Below are positions 51,074-61,810 of a stretch of DNA of 64,000 bases, one piece after another. The stretch lies in contig NMRA01000235.1 in the NCBI GenBank assembly GCA_002633005.1, positions 510,964 to 574,963 on the forward strand, read 5' to 3'. The notes below the pieces were generated by a model that did no database searches, was not told the origin of the DNA, and worked only from the letters and a program-made list of their open reading frames with translations. The stretch comes from Phoronis australis. Its lineage: Eukaryota; Animalia; Phoronida. A program made the position numbers and the translations under genes. Position 1 is the first letter of the stretch, and each line of letters begins with the position of its first letter.

Positions 51074-52555
51074 TCAGTGCTCATAAATATATGTAAAAAT
51101 TAGGTATATTTTTCTCTCGTGGTCATTGAAGACTGAACAAATATGTTTACAAACCTTCCGATCTTTCCGTAAGTGAGTAGTTGCTAAAGACATGCAAACA
51201 GTAGACATTAACACTTTTAAATTTACTTTGAAATAGACTTTTTGAAATCTTCTTAGAACGGAAACGACACCGTTATATTCTACAAAGTTGATTTTTACAT
51301 CGAACCCATTTTTCATATGGTTAAAACTAACGAAGTCACGATCAGCGGCATACTTACTTGTATCTCTAATAAAGCATTTTACAAACCAGGGTTTATAAAA
51401 AAACACTTGTGGCTCCAATCGCAAGTTACTATTAAACCCCAAAGGTTGATTCAAAAAGTCTTCTTTAATTGCAACAATTCTTTCCTTTTAGAAATATGCC
51501 ATACTTCCAATTACGTCGCGCCAACAGGAACTACCAATTAGAGTTAACTTCGACTTCATAAAGTCATCTCCAAATGAAGCAAAACTTTTTAAGAGCGGGT
51601 ATAGTGAATACAGTAATTCACCACTTTTAGTTGCAAGGTTTTCAAGATACATGTATCTACGGACCATGGCGAGTTTGAAAGCTTTGCTGAAATTATGCAA
51701 ATTAACCATTTGAAGTCCCTCTTTACCAACTCCTAAACAGGCCGTGCTTCGTTAAATTTTATTTTAACGAGCCTGCCATACAAATCTAAAAAGTGTATTC
51801 TATTCATGCAAGACTTTTACTGGTGGATTTGGTAAACTTTGCAACAAGAATTAAGTTTAGAAATAGCTAAAGCTTTCATTGCATTTACTCTACACAACGG
51901 CGTTAAATTTCGTCGACACCAACTTCTTAATAAAAACTTAATCTCAGTTATTTTTGCAGTGAAGTTATTATATGTCATACTATCAAACTGAGTGTCAAAA
52001 TCCAACCCCAAAATCTAAACGATTTTTTGTACAAGACAGGCTTTCTTTTGTAGGAATCAAGTCATCACTACCAGTATTACTTCCGAACCACATGGCTTTT
52101 GTTTTATCCACAGTCACATGGAGACCGGAGACACTAGCAAACAAATATAATACATTCAATTTGCTAGTCAATGACACATTCCACCCATCCAACGTAATTG
52201 ATGTGTCGTCCGCATATAGTGGAATCAAATATTCCTTATTTCCTGCAACTACACAAGCAATATTTTTATTATTCTTGATTAAATACGCAAAAATCTCCGC
52301 ACACAATATGAAAATGTCGGGAGACAAAGGGTCACATTGTTTTCAGCGAAATATTGAACCAGGAAGATGGCTTACCATTTACGACAACACAGGACTTAAT
52401 GTTACTGTAAAAGACTTTCATACACCTTCTGATACACCAACCAAAATTAAGGAAAGCTAAAGTTTTTTGAACAAAATTCCTCGGCAATGAATCAAATGCT
52501 TTCTCAAAATGAAACAGTATTCTTGTGCCCTGTAACATTTTTATGGACTCCACAA
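51074..52555 (-). mobile_element. 5'-truncated Tx1/L1-clade LINE remnant
   Basis: FEKAFDS, SP.IFILCAEI...IKNNKNI, LYADDT, SWCRRNLTP..RV...KALAISKL, GGLQMVNL.NF.KAFKL. Confidence 0.88.
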
Positions 52556-52599
52556 ATAAGCAATGTGCAGAAAAAAATAAGCAGATTCTGTAGACAAAG

Positions 52600-53150
52600 T
52601 GTTCTTAAAAACAATAAGCATTTCTTGCCTTTTGAAACTTTGAAAACTGTATATACATGTAATAGTCATACCTTTAATTATTGCATTCTGCAATGGGAGT
52701 GGGATCGTCATAGAATATTCAAATTTCAGAAACAGATTATTCGCACTGTCGCCTCTAGTTTTTTAGTGCCCTTACAGATCCTTTATACAGGACAACACAG
52801 ATACTCAAAATTAAAGACTTGCATGTTCTTGCTATTATCAAATTTTTCCACATATATGTTCATAATTACTCATTTTTATTTTTAACACGTTCAGTTAATA
52901 ACCCGTGAATCTGTTCATGAACATAACAATAGGCAACGGCATCTTCTACAAACTCCTTGTACTAAATCATTCGCTGAACATTCAGTTTGCAATGCTTTAC
53001 CTCATATTACTAATAACCTTTCTGAATGTGTTTGTCAACAATTTTAAACCCATTTGTTACCCTCTGTTATAAATTATGCTAAGAACGTTTGTTTTGAAAG
53101 TTAAGATTTTGAGTGCACTATTCCCAACTGCGTTGTACGTAACTATTTTG
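52600..53150 (+). mobile_element. CR1/L2-group LINE 3' remnant
   Basis: KHFLPFETLKTVY...FNYCILQW...IFKFQKQIIRTV, then VHEHN.RQ...L; typical RT C-terminal tail. Confidence 0.7.
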
Positions 53151-53211
53151 TATATACCCTCCTAGTCTTTTTACAAGTAGTTTTAAATTACATTATCACC
53201 TTATTTTTTAA

Positions 53212-55610
53212 AGTCCTTATCTTAAAATGCCAATGTTTGTCCAATATCCGAAGACACTTATAAATAAAATCTTATTTTCGATACCCTTTCGTGATACTCT
53301 TTTCGCCTTTCGTGCCACAAGCGTTTTTTTACCTGTATTTGACCCTTCTCTGTGAGCCGATAATTACCAGCTGTCATATGTTATTTCCGTACCCACCTTT
53401 CCGACTCGTCAGTTCGAGAACTTGTCCTGAACGCTGCTATTTTTTCCTTGCAACTGAATGTGCTATCGCTTGCTCGAAGTCTTCATCACTTTGTTTTATC
53501 AGTAATATCGCGTGATTCGTTTGAATATACAGTGTATTTATAGTTCGTAGTTAGTGGTCGTTATTTTTTTTGGAATGTGCCGCGTATTTTTGTTTATTGT
53601 GTTAAAATAGCATTGGTGTTTACTTCCTGTTATGGAGGGCGGTCGAACATTTTTTTTTCGTTTTGAATTTTGTTCGTCTTGAAAACGTAAGTTGCTGCCG
53701 TCGGAAAGATATTGCATTAAACTCAGTAAAAATCGGGGCAAGCAGTGCAAAGTTATTTCATTTTTTGTGGCGAATTTTTTTTCCATTTGTTTGGATCTGG
53801 TCGGCCGTCTTGGAGGACAGCGGGATACGTTACGAGTTGGAAACTTGTGTAAATTGTTTTCGCCAACAATTTACCTTGAAATTTAATGAGCCATATCTTT
53901 ACTTACTATGCTGCACGATTCAACAGTTTTCATCAAATTNCAAATTATTTTTTAAAGTCCTTATCTTAAAATGCCAATGTTTGTCCAATATCCGAAAACA
54001 CTTATAAATAAAATCTTATTTTCGATACCCTTTCGTTATATTCTTTTCGCCTTTCGTGCCACAAGCGTTTTTTTACCTGTATTTGACCCTTCTCTGTGAG
54101 CCGATAATTACCAGCTGTCATATGTTATTTCCGTACCCACATTTCCGACTCGTCAGTTCGAGAACTTGTCCTGAACGCTGCTATTTTTTCCTTGCAACTG
54201 AATGTGCTATCGCTTGCTCGAAGTCTTCATCACTTTGTTTTATCAGTAATATCGCGTGATTCGTTTGAATATACAGTGTATTTATAATTCGTAGTTAGTG
54301 GTCGTTATTTTTTTTGGAATGTGCCGCGTATTTTTGTTTATTGTGTTAAAATAGCATTGGTGTTTACTTCCTGTTATGGAGGGCGGTCGAACATTTTTTT
54401 TTCGTTTTGAATTTTGTTCGTCTTGAAAACGTAAGTTGCTGCCGTCGGAAAGATATTGCATTAAACTCAGTAAAAATCGGGGCAAGCAGTGCAAAGTTAT
54501 TTCATTTTTTGTGGCGAATTTTTTTTCCATTTGTTTGGATCTGGTCGGCCGTCTTGGAGGACAGCGGGATACGTTACAAGTTGGAAACTTGTGTAAATTG
54601 TTTTCGCCAACAATTTACCTTGAAATTTAATGAGCCATATCTTTACTTACTATACTGCACGATTCAACAGTTTTCATCAAATTTCAGCCTCGCAGTTGTT
54701 ACTTATTTCAAAAGTGATAAATGTGCTCACAATTCCCGTCTCATTTCCAGCTCCACCGACAACATGTCGGCTTTTGCTGAAATGAAAGGCATGTTCAACC
54801 GGCTACTTTGTAGATAGTGAAGACTTAATGTTGATAAATTTTGACGAACTTTTCTACAAAAAAGAACTTTGTTCAATTTTTGATTTTTTGTGCAAAAATT
54901 TAACGGTAAGGTACGCGTATATTCGACTTATTTTAAGGTGAAGTTCCCATTCAGGTGATTTTACACTAAGCCAAAAAATAGTACTGTTGAAATAATTTTG
55001 AATTGTTTTTTTGTTTGACTGGAAGGCTAGCTAACCTAAGGGCAGCCGCAGCATTGTGACATAGGACTAACCAGCCCGTAATTTCATGCAAGTGTCTGCA
55101 ACTACCTTTGTATGCATACAGCATTTATGATGTGAACCTTTTACTTCGACAAAACAGCTTGCAAACGCATGCGTTTACCGTTCGCCATTGTCTGGTCTCG
55201 CTCGCCACCGGGTGCGATCGGCTGCATGACCGAGTCCGGCAAATTAATTTTTGTCCAAATTTACACGCCACATTTCGTCAGCAAATTCGACAAAATTGTC
55301 CGTATTTTGATTTTATTAACGTTAAGGCGCGCTGTCGATTATTTTATCCAATTTTGCAGGGTGGTCACAGACACTGCACCAGTCGCACAGACGGCTTATA
55401 CTAAGCCTGGGTTCCTGAATGAATTGTACTTCAGGGTTCGCGGTAACTTCAAAATAGCGGTGTGTTCGTCGAGTCCGAATCGTGAGTGGCGCGTTTACTT
55501 AAATTTATTTGATTACGAATTATGTATTAGTTAAGGGTTGGATACTTCTTGTATCTCTATAATATCCTCTAACCATGTAATAAGCTCTAACAACGTGTGC
55601 TTCTTGGACT
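53212..55610. mobile_element. Kolobok-type family A, copy 2, inverted relative to 9254-11788
   Basis: TTAA|AGTCCTTATCTTAAAATG ... TTCTTGGACT|TTAA. Reverse-complement similarity to both arms of copy 1. The first ~740 bp appear twice across the N at 53940. Confidence 0.85.
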
Positions 55611-58120
55611 TTAATTCTGTTTATCTGTATGATTGTATTTTGTTGTTATTTATCTGGTGGCTCCGTGGTCAGCTGACCATTTTTCACGGAGTCTCCATAA
55701 GCGTTAACTTTTAGTAACTGTATTTTAACAAGAATGAAATGTACTACCACTACCACTACCGCTACTACTGCTAATATGTAGCAAGGTATCACACTACTTT
55801 GTGTACCGTACTAACAAAAAGTAAGAGGATACATGTACAGATAGGTATGACGATAAGGCAAGTAACTATCACACAGCAGCAGACTCACACGTGTTGTAGT
55901 TGCATCGGTCTTATTAGGCAGTATTGTTTGAGGGCACTTAATTGACGCGGTGTGCTTATACAATGTACATGTAGTTACAGAATGTCAAGATAATGCCCGT
56001 TTTGAAAAATGGGAGCGTTCAACATCGTTAGTGGCATGCAAAATCATGCGCGGAAAAGGCATGTGTTTGCCACACGGGGGCGTGAGCCTTTATTAATCAC
56101 TGAAGTGATTAGTCATCGTTAAAATATGGGATTTGAATAATGAATTCTGGTATTGAATTCACTTATCTGTGTGCCATAAACGGAGTTTTCTTACCGCCAG
56201 TGTACGAGTATTACCGTCTGCTGAACGATCCCCAAACTACCTGACTGCATTACACGAGTTTTGGTGCATAACAGATTTGCAGATTTCCTGCCAGGAAAGT
56301 TTCAAAATGTTTTAGAACTATAAATGCCGAGGCACGAGCCAGTGAGAGTCAGTGTGAGAGGCAGTTACATAATGCGCAATTACAGTGTGAACATACATTA
56401 AGCCAATTATATCCAAAAGCAAGACGCCCCAATATTTATCGAATTCATAAACTCGTTTCTGATATGTCCATCGCAAATGAGAAAATGAGACTTTTCACGT
56501 ACCTGGATGGCGCATTTGAACACACATTACCCAGTTCTTAGAGTAATATTGTATACGTACGGTGGATATAAATAAAATTATGAACACCAACCACTATCAT
56601 TGCACAAACAGCCATTAGTTACGGTCAGTGTGTACATGTATTTTTATGACAGGGAATATATGCGACAAACAGAATACACCTTATGTACAACAGACGGTTA
56701 CGATAGCGCTGATGTGGGATGACAGTGCAACAAACCTGTTCCTAAAGATGCTGGTCGATGTGCCATTGACTCCAATAGGTGAAACAGAGCAATTGTCAAC
56801 AAAAGTACCTCGGATATCTGCAACATCAAAATATACATGTACAACCAGGTATGTTTACACGTAAGAAGTTTCTTTTCCAATATGTTTTCACGAGTACAAA
56901 TCTGCACCCCACAGATATTTAAATCAAAAGTTAACAAGCCTAAATTGATAAATCGAAAGGTTTTCCAAAATAATGTGCATATAGCAAAATTGAAGGAGCA
57001 GTCTTTTAAATGTACGAACAACGAGTCTTAGAGAGCTTGCTTCAAGAGGTCCACTTACGTTCCGTTTTAGTAAATTCTATCTGAAGTTTCACTGGACTGA
57101 GTTGGAAGCAATGTTTAATTATTTCATTTGTTTTCCCGTCGACCAATGCCATTTCTAAAGTGTTAGAATTTGGACTGAAAAATAAGAAACAAGACTCAAT
57201 CTAAACATGTGTCTAGTGAGCACACAATTAATCATATCAACATTCGCGTTGTGACACTGCTAGCTCAACCATTCAATGCATTCTTTGGTAGGGTAATCAA
57301 TTTCACTCTGTATAAAGCGGGAGACAGGTTAAAGATCGGTGGCAATTACATCTCGGTTCTAAGTGATCCCCAGACAAAATAATCTGGAAATAAATGCAGC
57401 CCGTAATGACAGAAAGTAGCCAAAAACCAGCATCAGTCTACTACCTAACGATGACTGATGTTCACGACCGTTACTCTGTGTTGCCTAACATCTTCTTGTT
57501 CGCCGAATTAACAATGTCAATGGCCATTACAGAATGACACCACGTGATGAGATTCTCTTGACCTGCTGTTAGACGGTTCAGCTTCACGATCACCTAGTTC
57601 CTCTTTTGCCATCAGTATCAGGAAGATAGAGCTCAAGACACTGACCCCAAATTACCAAAGTGTTTCATAATCACATCACATGACTTATTAAGCAGTCACT
57701 ATTGTGGTGGGTACAGCTCCAACAAGCTGGGGAGGGTGTTAACCAATGCTTCCCATTACAATTTATTCAGGATGACACTGTAGTATAAAGCTGTTGTTTC
57801 ATTGTTTGGCTTTCTTCCATCCCAGGTCACCATGCAAACGCCAATTATCAACCACACTGAATAAAAACATTTATATCGTTGTCATTGTCTCAGGGACAGA
57901 CATCACTGCACATTGGACAGGTTCACAAGTGCAAACAGTTATATCAACACGCATATAGTCAAAACTGGTGTCCGGAAATAAAAGCCCAAAGCAGCATTTT
58001 GGCTAATTTTATTGCATTTCTGCCGCAAAGGAAGTAACCTACGGCAATTTTTCATTAGGAAATCAATTTCAGAAGCCAAACACAAGTCGTAATCACAGAT
58101 TTATGTAATTGGCATTTAAA

Positions 58121-58123
<3 letters not shown>

Positions 58124-58184
<61 letters not shown>
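58124..58184. repeat. (CT)n microsatellite
   Basis: Read directly. Confidence 0.97.
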
Positions 58185-58187
<3 letters not shown>

Positions 58188-59831
58188 CCCTCTTGGAGCA
58201 ACGACAGGGACTGATACAATATAATGAACGTGTTGTTATGAAGGGCAACTCAAAATCAAACAGCACCACATTGTACCCCAACAATATTACCGTTGTCATA
58301 TTTTGTGTGTACACCGTCCCCCAATGTCTTCGTTCAACTTAAGAATGAACGAACGCGACTCTCAGACGTTTCGCATCCGTTTCTCAATTTTCAGTATGCA
58401 AGCCATCACAAAACAACTGAACCCACTCCTGCCAAACCAGGTTTTGAAAACTCTAACCACACCTTCATAGAAATTACTATTATCAAAGAAAGAACATTCA
58501 AATGAACACGGTCATATTGATATGACTTTGGCTTCCTCCAAGCCAAGCTGCTGCATGATCGACCTCAAGTCACTGGCCACTATATATCAAACTGTTTCAA
58601 AGCCAAATTAAGACACTTGCATGGCAAAAGTTGTGGAGGACGTAGCTTCCATACTACCTGATGAGGTAGTTGACCTATTTTTAGTAACCGTCCGTCTCAC
58701 AGATGTCCTAAAAAGAAAGACATCTTTCAAAACAATGTTGGAGCCACTAGAATGATTGGCACACTCTAATGAAGCTGAAATACCAAAGGACACCCCAACA
58801 AAAGGAAGAGCGCGGGGTACCTGAATGGCATTGAAAACCAAGCCGGTCTCGAAGTATTCGTCAGTATACTACTCTCAAATGACTTCGCTCAATTCACTCA
58901 AAACACGAAGCAAATCTGAGACCGTTCGCATTCCTAGAATCACGTGTGACTGTATGAAACCACCAAATAAGAAAACTTCAATGAAACAGCAACAACACTC
59001 GAAATATCTACAAAAAACTTGATTGCAACATTCCGTCCCCGATAAATTGGCAACAAATACAAGTCGCCAGCTGTTTACCAAAGAACACAAAGCGACAGAA
59101 AACAGAACATGTCCAAACATTCAAACTATGGGCAGACATTCACTAGGTTTATACACAGCTCTTGGTCAGATTAAATAATTGATTATAGGGTACATCAAAC
59201 TTAATACCAGCATAAAAAGGGCTCCAGTTAAAATTATAGTCGATAAAAGCGGAATGTTTTTGCATGCATTGGGTGTAATTAAACACTTAAAGAATGATAC
59301 CAAATGATGTCCTTGAACGCTACTCGTTCAAACATGCTGTATACTGACCATTGTTAATTACCGTCATTAATATTGTGACAGAGATCAAATGTCTGGGCAC
59401 GATATATCAAAGTACACGTACGTCAAAACCACGTATAAGTTGACTTACATGTCCTCGGTTGAGGTGACTGTAGGTCCATTATCTGAGGAGGAAGTTGACT
59501 TACTTTTTGTACCGATAGTTCTCAAAGTTATCCTGTCAAGAAATGCATATTTCTAAACCTTGTCGAGGCAACTACAGCTACTGGTATTATCAAATGAAGG
59601 CGTTTTCATCATGGGACACTCCGACCCCAGGAGTAGCGCTTTGTACCTGAATGACATGCCAGACCAAAATGATTTCGAATTATGTGTAAGTATAAACTGT
59701 TCCCGTTTCCGTGTCAACTTAGGCATTAAAAACAAGCTCCAAATAAATAAATCGACCCTGACAAATCAACTTTTGCAACCGGTTATCACTAGTTTTAGCA
59801 ACTACATTTGAATTCAAAGAGAAGAGACTAC

Positions 59832-60767
59832 AACAAGAAAGATTATTGTCACGGCGTGACAATTATGGACTCTGCGCATGCGTATTAAAGGATATGTTAT
59901 GAGAAGTTACTGACAGCATCCCGTTTACCAATATGAAAAGGAATTCTTTAATATTGTAGGAGAAATTACATGCTAATATTTCGATGACCTTCCCACTAAT
60001 TGACATCTTTCAGTGCATTAGGAGTCCCGATGAGGGCATAACTGTAATCTCGATTAAAAGTGTGGTTAACGCCAAGAATCACAAACATTTACTTTAAGCG
60101 CTTCAGAATACATATTTGCCGGAATGCACTCCTTGACCCGTTTCGAGTCAATCCGGTGCATTTTGAGCCAAACCCATATGAGCAATAGAATTTGATTTGT
60201 AAACGCTCTCCCTAATGCTTCATTTAAATACAGTACAAGCTGATAGAAAAAGTCTTAAATTTAACAGAAAACTTCACTTAATGACCCCAAAGATGCATCT
60301 AACGACCCCAAAGTTTGTGAGGGAGTTTCATTTATGAATGTTAATAATATGCATGGTTATGGAAGGTCTAGCTAAAAAATTAGTTTTGCACTTAATGACC
60401 TTTGACCCCGAAACTCGGTTTCCATGGTCCGATTCAAAGTCCAAGTAAATTTTGGTAGCAAATCTCTAGTGCCTACTTGTCAACAAAATTCCAAGAGTCC
60501 ATCTAAGAACCTGTACAAGGAGAAGCAATTTGAAGGAGTGCACCCCTTGACCCATTTCGGGTCATTCCGGTGCATTTTGGATCAAAAATGTATCATCAAC
60601 AGAAATCCCTTGATTATCGTATTGACCACAGCGAATATGATCGTTGTAAGTGAATCGATGTAACAGCAATAACAATCTGAAAAGCAAGGAAGAATAAGAA
60701 GAAGAATATGAATACGAAGATAAAATACGTAGGACAGCAAAAATCTGCGCTTGCACGCGCAGAGTAA
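59832..60767. mobile_element. Complete HINE-like element
   Basis: AACAAGAAAG start with the ATTGTCAC-GGC-GTGACAAT palindrome (as at 37378), internal satellite unit, (AGA)n tract, and terminal hairpin TCTGCGC-TTGCAC-GCGCAGA followed by GTAA. Confidence 0.78.
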
Positions 60768-60868
60768 TGAAAATTGTCTAATCAAATTGAATTCATTTCC
60801 TAATAGTCAAGTGGGTAAACATTCGTACCCATCGAATCACATGCGAAAGTGTGAAACTGTTAAAAGAA

Positions 60869-61810
60869 AGACGTCAACGAAACAACGGCAACATTCGCCG
60901 TCTTTGCAACAAACTTGACTAAAATAGTCCCTCCACGATAAAACGGTAACGATAAGAGCAAACCGACTGTTTTTTTGTAAAGAACCCAAGGGAAAAACAG
61001 ATTACAGAACTAGTACAATGTACACATTTTCGAAATATTGTCCGATATTTACTAGACTTACACAAAGCTTTAGATAAGGTAAAATAATCGCCTTGTGTGC
61101 ACCGAAATCTTGACATCAATAGCAAAATAGCTTCAGTCGGATAACTTGCTAATAGCCGAATGCTTGTTACGTACCTTTGTTGTAATTAGGCCTTAAAAAC
61201 ACTTCGCAGTAGCGGCCGTTACAAAATGTCACCAATTCATGTTCTTGACCGTTTCTCATTTCAGACTTACTGAATCTTGGGCATTGGCCTTCGCTATCAT
61301 CAAGAATATGATGGAGGCCAAATCTCTGGGCACTAGATATCCAAGCACTTCAAAACCACATGTGAAGAGTCTTACATGTCGATCCGGAAAACCTTGGTGC
61401 CGATAGAATCACATACTACTGTGTAAAGTCACCAAATTAGACAGACGTCAATTAAACAGCCTCAACGCTAGACGTCTCTTCAACAAACTTGACCACAACA
61501 ATCCCTCCGCATTAAAACGATAACTTTAAGAACAAGCCGACTGTGGTTTACCAAAAAATTCAAGAGATGATTAGAGAATATATCTTGAATGTTAACACAT
61601 TGGAACTCTGAACAGACATTTTTCAGATTTCCCCACAGCTCTTGCTAAGATTAAATAATTACTTTTTGGGAACATCAAATTTGATACCAGTAGCAAAACA
61701 CCTTTAGTTGATTCAGATGCTAATAACGGAATGTTTGTTGGATACATTTGGTGTAATTGACCGTAGGAAACAGTGTGAGGCAGCGCCTATTACAGAATGA
61801 CACCAAGTAT
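60869..61810. repeat. Diverged ~574-bp-period duplication, with a third partial copy at 63889-64000
   Basis: AGAC(G/C)TCAA...CAAACTTGA...TAAAACG at 60869, 61443 and 63889. TTACA(A/G)AATG(T/A)CACCA at ~61219, ~61790 and ~57527. Confidence 0.8.

Noticed and set aside
53201-54683. Recent 744-bp tandem duplication
   Set aside because: The copies differ at only about 7 positions and are separated by a single N at 53940; most likely overlapping contig ends or two alleles.
60869-61810. Alternative genetic code or stop read-through suggested by shared TAA codons
   Set aside because: TGA and TAG stops and frameshifts also occur, and the intact exons use the standard code; pseudogene decay is simpler.
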